This document shows positions 27,147-41,033 of a stretch of DNA of 64,000 nt, piece after piece. The stretch is taken from contig CM119264.1 in assembly GCA_051294375.1 (NCBI GenBank), positions 23,848,002-23,912,001 on the forward strand. Reading direction: 5' to 3'. Position 1 is the stretch's first letter. The number at the start of each line of letters is the position of its first letter. The notes beneath the pieces are model-generated. The model was not told the origin of the DNA and searched no databases. It was given only the letters and a program-made list of their open reading frames with translations. Origin of the DNA: Paraspadella gotoi. Taxonomy: Eukaryota > Animalia > Chaetognatha. Made by a program: the position numbers and the translations under genes.

Positions 27147-27188
27147 CATACATACGTAGGACGAAAGAAAGAAAGAAAGAAAGAAAAA

Positions 27189-27244
<56 letters not shown>

Positions 27245-27444
27245 GAGAAAGAAACAAGCAAAGAAACAAACTAACCTTACCCGTGGCTAACCAGTTTGCA
27301 CATCCACTCCATTTTACCCTGCAGTCGCCACCCCCCCCCCCCCCCCAGCGTCGTCGAGACAAACGTCAAGTTTCCGGATTGATGAGAAGGGAATTCCTTC
27401 GCTCGTCTCCAATTTTGTTTTTCTGCCGCCACATTTCTCCGAGG

Positions 27445-27518
<74 letters not shown>

Positions 27519-28284
27519 CTCCGGGAAAACTACTTAGGTTGACAGCGAAAAGCAAAAAAATATGAAAAGAGGCTGAAATGCGAGTTGAAGCGGCTTTAGG
27601 GGTTGGAGGGGCGAAGGAAAGGGAGGGGGGAAAAGGAGGGTGGGAAGGTGGAAAAGGGGGAAGAGAGATGCGGAGAGTGGAAGAGAACGAAGATTTAAGA
27701 GGAGAAGAAGGAAATATGAGGGGAAAAAATGAAGTAAAAGGATAAAGAGGGAAAAAATGAGAAGAGAGAAAAATGAAAAAAAAAGAGAAAATAAGAAAGA
27801 AAAGCATGTATTTATGTAGAAGAAGGAACCAAGAGAGAGAGAAGAAGAAACATAGGAAATTGAAAAATAAGAAATTAAAAAAAAGAATCGGATTACTGTT
27901 GTTTTTTTTTTTACTAAGTTTTTAAAAAGACCTAATATTGAAGGAACAAAAAGTTGGTGCAGCTCCAAGTGCGCGCTGTTCCGTCAATTTACGAAATAAG
28001 TCTTTTAAATTGAACAATGAACAAGTATTATCATAAATCATGTTTTTCATCGAAAGCCACTCGACAATCGACGTTAGCGATAAGAAGACCGTGAACGGTT
28101 AAAAATTAATCAAAAAAAAAAAAAAAACAAAAGGGAAAACAAGGAAATATTAGAAGTGGTTCCCTTATCATCGAACCGATGGTCGTTTCTCTCAGTTGTC
28201 ATGTTTCATCGACGCGGAAGCCAAGAAAGACACTTGCTTCATTATCTTTATTACCTTAGGTGCCGGCGTCTGGATCTTTTCAAG

Positions 28285-28410
<126 letters not shown>

Positions 28411-28782
28411 CATGAACCTAATCAAAGCTCCCACGACCATCGGATGCCATTTCTTTGCCGTCTCCGTTCCTAAGTACCACTTCCACTACTAATTCCATTT
28501 TTAGAATTATATCCGCCCGCTACAAAAGGCAAGGGAAAAAAAAAGCTAAATGATTATTCTACGAGACGAAAAACTTGCTTATGCTGACATTTATTTTCAC
28601 TCCCTGTCTCTAGCTTAGACTTTTCTTCCCTCACTAAATTTGCATTCGGCTCGCTCCCAACCCTCCAGGGCTGTCCTCTCCCTTATACCTTCCTCTGTGG
28701 TTCCGGCCCCATTTTTTTTCAGCGATTATCTTTATCATATTATTTCGCTTTCGTTTTTTATCTTTAATCTTCTCCTTACTAC

Positions 28783-29150
28783 CATCTCCCATCTCCAATT
28801 ATATTATCCTACCCATCTCTCATTTCCCATTTCCCATCTCCAATTCTAATTTCCAACCCATCTCCCATTTCCCATCTCCCATCTCAAATTATAATTTCCA
28901 ACCCATCTCCCATTTCCCATCTCACATCTCCAATTCTAATTTTCAACCCATCTCCCATTTCCCATCTCCCATCTCCAATTATAATTTCCAACCCATCTCT
29001 CATTTACCATCTCCCATCTCCAATTCTAATTTCCAACCCATCTCCCATTTCCCATCTCCCATCTCCAATTTCCAACACATCTCCCATTTCCCATCTCCCA
29101 TCTCCAATTCTATTTTCCAACTCATCTCCCATTTCCCATCTCCCATTCTC
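28783..29150. repeat. 45-bp minisatellite, about 8 units, built from CCCAT(C/T)T heptamers
   Basis: Unit cccatctcccatttcccatctcccatctccaattctaatttccaa, with starts at 28812, 28857, 28902 and onward. Confidence 0.95.
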
Positions 29151-30292
29151 CGATCTCATATCCCTTTTCCAGGCCGCAATAATTAAGAATAACGAGAAGA
29201 ACAGAAAAGAAAAAAAAAGGAAAAGAAAATGTTCTTCCTTTGCCGACGAAGACAATAGAGCCACAACAAAAGAAGGGAACAAACAATGACAAGCGATGAC
29301 AATGCCCTCCACCAAATAAACCCGGGATCGCACCGACATCTGGACATGAACTGACAAGATTTGACATTGACGTCAATTCGGACAATGGATTAAATCCAAG
29401 GAAACTCACCGGCACTAATGGGCCAATTTTAGTTAAACGAATGACGATTCGTAATCAGTTAATATTGAATAGAAGAATTGACGAAGAGATTAAAACTTGG
29501 ATGGCAACGATGATGGTGCAGCGACGACTATGACGACGATAAAAATGAAATCATCTGAATAAATAATAAATAATCTGTCCTCTTTCTAATAATTTATATG
29601 TTAAGAAAAACACGACGATGATGAGGACGACGACGACGACGAAAACGACGAAGAAACCGGCAACAACGTCGACGACGACGACGACGACGACATGGAACCA
29701 TTATCTCTTGATCCTCGAGACGAGACAACTTTTCAAATCTCATTCAACGTCTTCTTCATCGGTACTCGAAAAGGCAATAATCACATTTGCATATTTGATG
29801 GAAGAGAAAAAAAAAAGGGACGAGGCCCACACTTGGCCCCACAACCCAAAGGGAGCCTAATCCGCGTCCCCCACAAAGATGTAATCTCTTAGATAAAAAT
29901 GAATCTTCGTGGATTAAAGGGATAGAGTTCACGTGAAAATGAGAGACTCACTCGGTTCAGACTGCGTGAAAGTTATCGGAGTTGAGTACAAAGAATTCTA
30001 ATAATCATGTAGCGAATATAAATTCTTAAAACTTTTTAAGTTAGCTTAACGACTTCGCAAACAGATTTCTTTCATATCTATTTTAAAAAACTCGAATTAA
30101 TATTATAATTATAATAAGGTCACAATAACTTAGAATAAAACTTTAAAAGGCAGCAAAAATAAAAACTAAAAGAGGGGAAAAATACATCGTAAAATAAAAG
30201 AACAAAAAGTATCTAAGTAAGAAGAAACTATCAAACAAGAGATGCTCTTTCCAATAATATGAGGCAAGAAATCTCCAACAAAATCGGAAAAG

Positions 30293-30352
<60 letters not shown>

Positions 30353-30684
30353 CCGAATAAATCCATCGGATCCAGACAAATATTGTCGCCCAGACGCGCA
30401 GTGAGAGACAGTAGGAAGCACAATGCTGGGAGAAGAAATGAAAGAGAGAGAGAGAGAGCGCCAGAGAGCGAGAGAGAGACGTAGAACTGTCATGGGTCCG
30501 ATCGTAATGATGGGAGGACTAGAATGGCAGTTATACGATCGAATGATAATTATCATAATTCATTCAGCCACTAATAATAACTCAAGTCACAGCCTTGCGT
30601 AACAGTATTTCTCGAAAATATACGAAACTGTGGCAGCAAGACTTAAAACTGCCTCACTGCTCTCCGTCCTCAGCCTCGTCTCAA

Positions 30685-30870
30685 TGGGTGAGCAGGCTAA
30701 ATCATCTCATTCCATCCGTGCGTCCCGGGTTCAATCCCTGGGTACCCCTGTTCTGGCCGGTATAAACATGCCAGTGACTGGAGGCGCCCCTGGTATCACA
30801 GGCTATCCTCCCGTTGCCATAAAACGCACTTTTTCGCTACGGTACTCAACGTTGTTGAAGAATAAATTAT
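30685..30870 (+). mobile_element. Candidate tRNA-derived SINE
   Basis: B-box-like GGTTCAATCCC at about 30728, preceded about 40 bp upstream by a degenerate A-box-like ggtgagcaggctaa. The GC-richer body sits in AT-rich flanks and ends near AATAAA. No cloverleaf; single copy in this window. Confidence 0.4.
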
Positions 30871-31897
30871 TCCTACTCTGAAACTTGTTGCGTCCACACT
30901 GGAAAATAAAAAAAAAAACACAAAAGTACTGGTCGATTTGTTATTTTATAAAATCAAAATGACTCTAGTCTATTTTCCACTTTTTACTAATTAATAATAA
31001 TTTATCCTTCAACTATATCTAATTTCTTTTCCCAGTCCCTTCTCGCCATTCCTCATCTCACCTCCATCTCTCTACGCCCTCCGACCCTCGGCGAGACCCA
31101 GCGACGGCCCCCGAAAAAAAAAGGTGCTCGAGGGAAGGAAGATTCATCCAAATGAACGTCACAGAATTCGGGAGAAGCGATCGCCCGATTTTATACTTTC
31201 CGCCGACTTCTATCGATTCCAGCAGTTCCACCAGATTCCAGCAGTTTCGTCCGACTCCAGCAGTTCCAAACGATTTCATCAGTTCCATACGATATCATTT
31301 ATTAGATTTAATTAAAAATCTATTTACTTATCGTTCTCGGTTTACGTTTTCCGTGTCGCTGAATTTAGTTTATGTTATTGAGTTTTATTTATTTTCATGT
31401 TTCGACTTATTTTATTAAAGTTTATCATTCGTCTTCTGAGTTTAATTAACGCTAAAATACAGATTATTTTGCTTCCAGAGATTTCACTGATAAGATGAGA
31501 ATTCCGATATCCCGAGCGTCTGCGACGGACGATTAAGTTTTATGTCTATTTTATTTGTATTAAATAAAACACACTATTACGAAATTTGCTCTGACTAACG
31601 CTTCGTCGTTTTATTTTGTCAAATTTAAAAATTTTTCTAACTTAAGCTTTTTTATATTTTCTTTTCCTTTTTCCTTTTTTTTTCTTCCCTAGTTTCGTTT
31701 CCCTTTTGTCATTTTATGTCCCAGTTCCGATTTTCCTTCTTCGCCATCATTAGAGGCGAAGTCTTTGAGAAAGGCCGCCGTTTTAACTTGAAAGGGAAAA
31801 AAAGGAAAAAGGAAAAAAACGCATAAATAGGGATATAAAGGAAAATAAAAGTCAGCTCTTTCGTGCTAAAAACTCTTTTTCTCTCTCGCTCTGCCTA

Positions 31898-31939
<42 letters not shown>

Positions 31940-32104
31940 TCTCTCTCTCTCCTCCCCTTTTATTTTACTCGTCAAATAAAAATCCCTTTCTCCCTCTTTT
32001 TTGCCAGCCCGGCGTTTTATGAGCCTAAAAAGGTCTTGTTTCTTGCTTCTGTCCGGTTTAATCGCCATCCCAGCCTTGATTGTTCCACCTCGATCCTCCC
32101 CCTG

Positions 32105-32143
<39 letters not shown>

Positions 32144-33486
32144 CTCTTCTCTCCCTCTCTCCTCTCTCTTATCTCTCTCTCTCTCTCTCTCTCTCCAAAC
32201 TAGATCGGCTTCCTCTTCGATTTATGTCTTCCTTTGCCTTCCTTCCTTGTCAGTTGAGTCGGGACAGAGCGACGTATTTTATGGGTTACGTTTGAAACGT
32301 AATCCGAAGAACGAGTTAATTTAATGACATTAAAGCAAACATTACTCCTCTATCGCCTAAAATTTAATAATCTCATTCTTTTTTTTTAAACTAGAAATTC
32401 TATCGACGTAATAACGCATAATTTGTTATAATATTTGTTATAAACACAAATATTTTTACGTTCTGTTATCATGAAAATACATGTCTATTTCCTTTCAACG
32501 TTTCTCAGCTGTGAACTTTTCATGGAGAATTTGAATCAGATGTTACTTTAGTTGACATTTTTAAAAAGAAGCTTTCATTTTTGGGAAACATAAATATTTT
32601 CCACTTCATTGATAGGGAAGCCAGGTACTCTGGGAGTGAATAAACGAGACTGTGAGAGAGTCTTGATTGAAAGCTTGCAGGGACCTGCTATGTCATTATC
32701 TTGTAAGAGTGATGGAGGCCTTAAACCACCAAAGCCTGTCCAAAGTCAGGGGCAAGATAGCTTATTTATTAAATGAATGGATAATTTTTATATTGGTTGT
32801 ACCAATTTCATAAATACTTACAAGGCAACAGTATTTCGACCAGCTGCCACTAGTAATAATTTGAGAGTAAGACAAGCTAACAAGTAAAATAAATAAGCTT
32901 GCCCTAGAAAATATAATCGTCTTGCCGTTGATTAAAAACTAATTCCATCCTCCCAGGAGTTATTCGGAAACCACATGCCCCTAATCCTACTCTGATAAAC
33001 CTCGAGTCAAGAGTCAGTCAGTCGATCTGATACAGAGGATTATTCTTAATCTCCCGATTTTCCCGTTTCCTCTCGTCGCTTCTCCTCTCGAAGCCGCGAG
33101 GCGAGAAATGGCGGGAAGATGAGCGGCGTGGCGTGGAGGAGCGTCTGATTTGGCGCGGAGATGTATTAAGTGGCGTAGAATTCGACACGTATCGAGAAGA
33201 AAAAAACGTGGCGCAGAGACTAATATTAAGACTAAAACTTGAAATGACACAGGATCGAAGGGGCTCCAATGGCAAAGAGTGATGCAACAATGGAATCACG
33301 TTAGCGTTTTTTTGATTTGAGAACATAGTCACTTGTCAAAGGAAACTCGGATGGTCACGTGACGAGCGCCTAGCGCAGGCGCGTTGGGCACACCCATTTT
33401 CATTTCGACGTTTGACGTTGAAAAAACACAAAAATAAACCCGATATGATAAATCGCCAGTTTCCATTAAAAAAAATTTCTCGAGCG

Positions 33487-33538
<52 letters not shown>

Positions 33539-33954
33539 AATCGCGGATCTCATTTCCAGACGAACTCGCGTGAAATTCTATCCGCTATGGTGAGTTGATG
33601 TGTGGTTGTTGGGTGGTGAATATGTGGTATTTTGTGGGGAATACCAAGTATTGGTTATAAAGGCGAGTTTAAATGGTGAAGACAAATAAGGCGTGGATTG
33701 AGATTGCTGAGCAGCGATGGATTGATTGGTGTCTGAACAATGAAGGTGTTTTTTTTTTAAATTTTGCTTGGTTGTGATTGCTGGAGAAAACCGCTGAGGG
33801 CGGAAAAGGCAATCATCGGATTGAAAAGCGGAAGTCGAGAAGTCGAACGTGAAGTGAGTGACTTAGTCGCCGCAACCAACTAAGCCTCACCCAATCCGGA
33901 GGTGGGAAGGTAGGGGAGGCTGGGGTAAGGAGGTTGGAGGAGGTGGGGAATGGA

Positions 33955-34002
<48 letters not shown>

Positions 34003-34096
34003 AGGAGAAGAAAAAAAGAAAAAGAAAGACATAAAGAAGAAAAGAAAGAAGAAGAAGAAATGAAAGAAAGAAAGGAAAGAAAAGAAAGAAAGAAAA

Positions 34097-34134
<38 letters not shown>

Positions 34135-34148
<14 letters not shown>

Positions 34149-35040
34149 AGGGGAGAGGGAATCGTGACTGATTGTGTTTGTAGAATGATTAATTTTTTAA
34201 CCAACTTTATTTCCTTTTTGTATTTCTCAAGTTATTTTACCAATCGAAAATTTGAGACGGCTTTTTGTTATAGACTTCAGAAAGTCGTTCATCGAACTCT
34301 TGCACAAGTATAAAAAAAGCAGATCTGCACTCATAGGTCAGGTCTAAGACAGATATCAACGACTACGGACGAAATAAAAAATGAACTTTCAATTCCAAGT
34401 TAATTTTCTGACTCGAGTAGCACCGGGTTTTTTTTTTAGTTCCTTCTCTATCTCTCTCTCTCTCTCTCTCTCTCCAACACAAAAAAAAGTATAGAAGAAG
34501 GGAAATAATAAGGAGCAAGATATAAAGAAATACAAGCGAAAATAAGAGAAAGTAAAATGGGGACAGGGGAAACAAGGAAGACAAATGAAAGAGAGAATAA
34601 AAAAAAGGAAAGAAGAAAAAAAGGAAAGAAAGACATTAAAGAAAAGAAAGAAAGAAAGAAAAGAAAGACAAGAAAAGAAAGAAAAAAGAAAGAAAGAAGA
34701 AAGAAAGAAAGAAGAAAGATAGATAGATAGAAGGGGGAGAGGGGAATCGTGACTGATTGTGTTTGTAGAATGATTTTAACCAATTTATTTCCTTTTTGTA
34801 TTTCTCAAGTTATTTTACCAATCGAAAATTTGAGACGGCTTTTTGTTATAGACTTCAGAAAGTCGTTCATCGAACTCTTGCACAAGTATAAAAAAAAGCA
34901 GATCTGCACTCATAGGTCAGGTCTAAGACAGATATTCAACGACTACGGACGAAATAAAAAATGAACTTTCAATTCCAAGTTAATTTTCTGACTCGAGTAG
35001 CACCGGGTTTTTTTTTTTTAGTTCCTCTCTATCTCTTCTT
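34135..35040. repeat. Tandem direct duplication of a unique block of about 320 bp
   Basis: 34135-34455 is nearly identical to about 34720-35035 (aatcgtgactgattgtgtttgtag...ctcgagtagcaccgggttttt), differing mainly by 1-bp indels. Confidence 0.92.
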
Positions 35041-35081
35041 CTCTCTCTCTCTCTCTCTCTCTTCTCCTCCTCTTCTCTCTT

Positions 35082-35129
<48 letters not shown>

Positions 35130-35140
<11 letters not shown>

Positions 35141-35221
35141 GCTCTCTTTCTCTCTACCTCTCCCTCTTTTCTCGGAGAAGCACCGTGTTTTTTTTTTATT
35201 CCCTCTCTCCCTTCCTCTCTC

Positions 35222-35296
<75 letters not shown>

Positions 35297-35495
35297 CTCT
35301 TTTCTCCTCTCTCTCTCTATCTCTCTCTCTCTCTCTCTCTCTCCCTAACAAAAAGACATGGTAAAAAAAAACAAAAAAATGGGGGGGAAAAGATGAAGAT
35401 AACCATCGATTTCCGTTTTTCACAAAAGTGAGAGTTGAAAAACGTCAAGTTTCGGGTTGGGTTGGCCTCTCCTTGGTAAATTCTCCCTCTCTATT

Positions 35496-35576
<81 letters not shown>

Positions 35577-35829
35577 CTCTCTCTCTCTCTATCCTTCTTT
35601 CTTTTTCATTCCACTTTCTTTTTCCCGTCGTCCTTCCTTCCTTTCCTCATTCCTCTTTTTCTGCCTCCCTCGTTCCTCGCTTCCTCCTTCCTCTTCCTCC
35701 CTTAATTCCCCCCCCTTCTTCCACCTAAATCACCTCCTCTCACCTCCTCCCACATTCCCCCCCCCTTAAAGGCGCAACTTTCGGCAATCACTCTGNNNNN
35801 NNNNNNNNNNNNNNNNNNNNTCTCTCTCT

Positions 35830-35894
<65 letters not shown>

Positions 35895-35991
35895 CTCTCT
35901 CTCTCTCTCTTCTGTGGTGTGGCTCTTTTCTCTCTACCTCTCCCCTCTTTCTCGAGAAGCACCGTGTTTTTTTATTTCCCTCTCTCCCTTC

Positions 35992-36069
<78 letters not shown>

Positions 36070-36076
36070 CCTCTTT

Positions 36077-36119
<43 letters not shown>

Positions 36120-36258
36120 AACAAAAGACATGGTAAAAAAAAACAAAAAAATGGGGGGAAAAGATGAAGATAACCATCGATTTCCGTTTTTCACAAAAGT
36201 GAGAGTTGAAAAACGTCAAGTTTCGGGTTGGGTTGGCCTCTCCTTGGTAAATTCTCCC

Positions 36259-36342
<84 letters not shown>

Positions 36343-36551
36343 ATCCTTCTTTCTTTTTCATTCCACTTTCTTTTTTCCCGTCGTTCCTTCCTTCCTTTCC
36401 TCATTCCTCTTTTTCTGCCTCCCTCGTTCCTCGCTTCTCCTTCCTCCTTCCTCCCTTAATTCCCCCCCCTTCTTCCACCTAAATCACCCCTCTTCACCTC
36501 CTCCCCAGCATTCCCCCCCCCTTAAAGGCGCAACTTTCGGCAATCACTCTG
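35130..36551. repeat. Near-identical tandem duplication of about 0.65 kb across a 25-N gap (probable assembly artefact)
   Basis: 35130-35795 repeats at about 35910-36551; the gap is at 35796-35820. Confidence 0.9.
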
Positions 36552-36764
36552 CCGCCCGGTTCGAGTCTTAACATTTGATTTTCCTTGACAACTCCAATAT
36601 CCTTGAGAGGCAGCCGGCGGGGACTTAACGACGACGACGACGACGGACGACGACGACGACGACGACGACGACGGATCTCTCTCTTTGCCGCCCGGTTCGA
36701 GTCTTAACATTTGATTTTCCTTGACAACTCCAATATCCTTGAGAGGCAGCCGGCGGGGACTTAA

Positions 36765-36810
<46 letters not shown>
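36550..36810. repeat. Two identical 79-bp units, each followed by (GAC)n
   Basis: tgccgcccggttcgagtcttaac...cagccggcggggacttaa at 36550-36628 and 36686-36764. Confidence 0.93.
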
Positions 36811-36811
<1 letters not shown>

Positions 36812-37611
36812 AGAAAAGACTGCGAAAGGACGAAAGTTGAGAAAACGAAGGGAAAAAACGAGGGTAAAGATGGCAGCACAATAGAGAACGAAAACGACAA
36901 CGTCATTGAACTTAACGATTTGATGAAAACTTGATTAAAAGGAACAGAAAAAAAAACAAATTTGAAATTTGTATGGCGTAGTACAAATTTTTAGAAAAAT
37001 AAAAAACGGGATAAATATAAAATATAACATTAAATAAGAAAATAAAGGCGTAACGAGGTCGACGACGATGACAACGACGAACAGGACGACGAAAAAGACG
37101 AAAAAAGGACGAAGACGTTTGAAAAAAAAAAAAAACTACAGTAAAAAAAACAGAGAGAAATCGAGGGACGAAGAAAAACATAAAAAAAACAAAAGGTCCT
37201 GGCCTGAAGACATTTTGAAAAGAAAAAGTCCCTCAGATAATAAAATGTTAATTGCGGGGGTGGGGCAGTGTAGAGTATGACCTGATTTCTCGGGGTGGAT
37301 TTTGCTGGGAAAGAGAGAGGAGGGGTGGAGAATAGAGATGAGAGAGCGAGAGTGGAGAGAGAAGACCCTCGCGTAGCGCGAGAGGAGAGAAGCGACGAGC
37401 GAATAGAGGCGAGAGAGGGAAGGGAGAGGGAGAGAGGAGGAAGCGAGAGAGGAGGGTATTCCAATGAATAGAAAATACGTTAATGAATTTTGAGGAAAGG
37501 AAACGGGAGAAAATGAGAAGAGGATCGAAGGAAAGAGAGAGAGAGAGAAGAGATAGAGAAATCGGAAACCAATGGAAGGGACTCAGTAATTGATACAAGA
37601 GGAGAGGAATG

Positions 37612-37684
<73 letters not shown>

Positions 37685-38052
37685 AAGATGGGTAAGAGGA
37701 GAGACCTTCTTTTTCCTCCCTCAATCTCTCACTCCTCTTTCTTCTCTTTCTTCCCTTTCCTCTCTGTCTCTGTTCTCTATGTCGCTCCCCCTCCAAAGGT
37801 GACCGACTTAGGAAATGAATATCTGGGGAAAGCGGTTAAGGATCCGATGGATGGGCGGGCGTGGGGGGGGGAGTTTGAAGCGTGATCCGAGATTTATATT
37901 CCGAGTGCGGATAAATCATTGTTTGGCAAGGAGCGAGAGCAAGAGACGACGGGGAAAATACGTGTAACTTAATTAGGCGACCCCGATCTAATCCTTGCTC
38001 GGCTCTGACGCTTGTCTCTTGTGTGTGAGTGTGGAGGAAGAGAGAGAGAGAG

Positions 38053-38105
<53 letters not shown>

Positions 38106-39503
38106 GAGAGAGAGAGAGAAAGAGACAGTTTTAGTCAAGAGCGATTATTGTTACTACATTTGTATTTGGCCATTGGTTCGAGAGCATCAGAAATAAAAAG
38201 GAAAAAAATAATTAATTAATTGTATATCGTTGTATAAGTTGAGCTGGTTTTTCAATTTCTTTTTTCTACTTTCTCCTCTCCTTATTCCTTTCATTTTTCC
38301 TTTTCCTTTCCTCAATTTTTCCTCTTTTCTCCATTTTTGCGATCTTAATCTTATCTTTTTTTTCAGCTTCTCAACGTTTTTTCTTACGTTTCTCTTCTTT
38401 CTCCTTCTTTCTTGGTACCAACTTCTGCGTCTCATTTTTTCCCTTTGTTATCTTTCTCTTTCTCTCTTTCCTATCTCTTTCCTCCCTTTTTCTCTTTCCA
38501 TCCTCTTATCATCTATCAATACTCCTTATTTTCTTCTCTCTTTCCTCCTTTTTTTCAAAAAAAAAAATTCCACCCTCCTTTAATCTTCCTCCCATTTTCC
38601 TTCCACATTTCCTCCTTTCCTACCTCTTTTCTCATTTTATCTCTTTTCCTTCCTCCTTCCTCCATCACTTCCTCCTTCCCTCCCTCTTTCTCACTTTATC
38701 CTCCTTTCTTCCCTTTTTCCTCCCCCACTTCCTCTCCTTGAGCTTCTTCCGTCGCAGAAAATGAGATTTTTAATGTTTTTTTTTTTGCCCGCGTCTCCAG
38801 ACGCAACGCGCCCCTCCAATCACGTGACCTTGAAATGCACGCGCGAGATGGTTGAATATCGCACGCACGGCGCGGGTCTGAAGAGCGGGTGCACGCGCGA
38901 CGCGTTGAAACTCACCTGATGACGCCGCGCGAGACGATCTTGACAAAGACGACGACGATGGATGGAGCTGAACTAGAGACGATGACATCCAAAAAAACGC
39001 CGCTTAAAACGACGCCGTTGGAGGTAAGACCGACGGACAGACTGCCGCCGGAAACGACGCCGACCGAAACGACGCCGCTAGGAACGACGACGCTGGAGAC
39101 GACGACGCCGCCGCATGGGCTAGAAATTCCCGTCGGCGCCGAATGAGGCATCAATCTCGATCGAGAGAAAATTGATTTAGCGCCTAATGGGCGACGCCGC
39201 CGCCGCCGCCAGCGCCGCCGACGTCGACGCCGCAGACGCCGCTCCTTCCTGTGCCACGCCCCGTTTCACGAGCGGCAAGGCCTCAGCTTCAAGGGCCACC
39301 GCCCCCCTCCTCCTCCCCACCGGCCTCCGCGGCCATAAACCCGCCAAACCCCCGAAATAAATGGATTCGGTTGAAAACGATGAATTCGTTCGAATTTGGC
39401 GCGCGACTTTTTCATCTTGGCACTTAATTACGGGAAAATTCGCCATCTCTCTCTCTCTCTGTCTCTCTCTCTCTCTGTCTCTCTCCTCTCTCTCTCTCTC
39501 TCT

Positions 39504-39551
<48 letters not shown>

Positions 39552-40405
39552 CAGGAGGCTCCCTTTCTTTCTTTTTGACTTTCCGTCTGTTATTTTTCTG
39601 TCATTCTCTCTCTCTCTCTCTCTGTCTCTCTCTCCTCTCTCTCTCTTCTTCTCTTCTCTCTCTCTCTCCTAAAAGCGACAGGGTTAAAGTCGTCGTAAAA
39701 CAAACAGGGAGGACGGGAACTTGCTAATGTCCCAACCCACGACTACGACGGACATTAGAAGAAAAAGTTTAAACTGTCGCAGATCTGCGGGTTGATGGCC
39801 GAAACAGAAAAGAGATGCTGCTGCCGCAAAAAAAAGAAGTGCTGGGGCACCGGAAATGCTGCGGCTGTCGCCGCTGACGCCGCAGACTCTGACTCAACCT
39901 CAAACCCATAAACAGGTCAAGGCATTTTCCCGCGAAGAGAAGGGGAGGGGGAAAAGAATGAAGGAAGAAAAATAAAGAGAGTGAGATGGGAAGAAAGAAT
40001 AATACGCTGGGAAAAAGGAAGATAGGAGGAGAAAATTAGGAGAAAAGTAGGAAAATGTTGTTTTTTTGTTTTGTTTTTTTTTTTTTTTAATATTCTTTTA
40101 AAAAAAGGAGAAAAAAGTCACAGAATTAAAAAAATTGAAATGAGATAATAATTAGCGAAGTCGAATTAAAAGGCTCAATTAAATTAAAGACAGGTTGACA
40201 ATAAGATGTCAAAAGGTATTGGAAATTAAACATTTATTACAATCTGTCGACATTAAATGTCTTGAATCATAAATCTCATTAGATATTCATATTCACATTT
40301 TTTTAATATATAAATTCCCGTTTTATTTTTGTTTTCAATTTAAAAAACGAGAAAACAGGTTTCTCATCTCCGCTCAGTTGATTCGATTTACATTTCATTC
40401 ATGAG

Positions 40406-40481
<76 letters not shown>

Positions 40482-40990
40482 ATTCAGAAATGACAAAATC
40501 GATGTTGACTTTCCGCGATTTGATTCGTCCATCCCAACTTTTTTATTTCCCTTCTATGATTTCCCTTTTATGGCAAGAAATCGCAATATATTTATCTCGG
40601 CGTTTTATACCAAAAAAGTCCATTCACACACCCTGCCTTTAAAGTTGCTGACTTGAATCAAGGTGAGTCATTCGTCTGACCGCTTTCAACCCTTACCTCA
40701 ACTCACCTGAGGATTTGAGGCTCAAATCAGTTTAGTTCTTTTGATCTTCATCGATTTTGACTTGAAATTCCCGCGAGAAAAGCGAGTGACCAATTCTGTT
40801 ACTTCTGCTTCTTGTTGTTGCAGTTGCGTTGGCCAAGAGACTAGTACAACATAGTAGAAATATAATGTTTTAAAGATAGATAGAGAGTACTCTGCACTGA
40901 GAGACCATTCTGTTGTTTCTACTCACATCCTACATTATTCGGTTCTACCTTTTTCGCTCCTCTCTCTCTCTCTCTCTCTCTCTCTAAATC

Positions 40991-41033
<43 letters not shown>

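Noticed and set aside
28783-29150. Interstitial telomeric repeat or a WEMGD-repeat protein
   Set aside because: The unit is not TTAGGG or TTAGG, and the ORFs are incidental translations of the array.
30685-30745. tRNA gene
   Set aside because: Only a B-box-like motif is present, with no acceptor stem or cloverleaf; kept as a SINE candidate.
38876-38945. Hammerhead-like CTGAAGA/CTGATGA words near GAAAC
   Set aside because: The required helices and core geometry could not be built.
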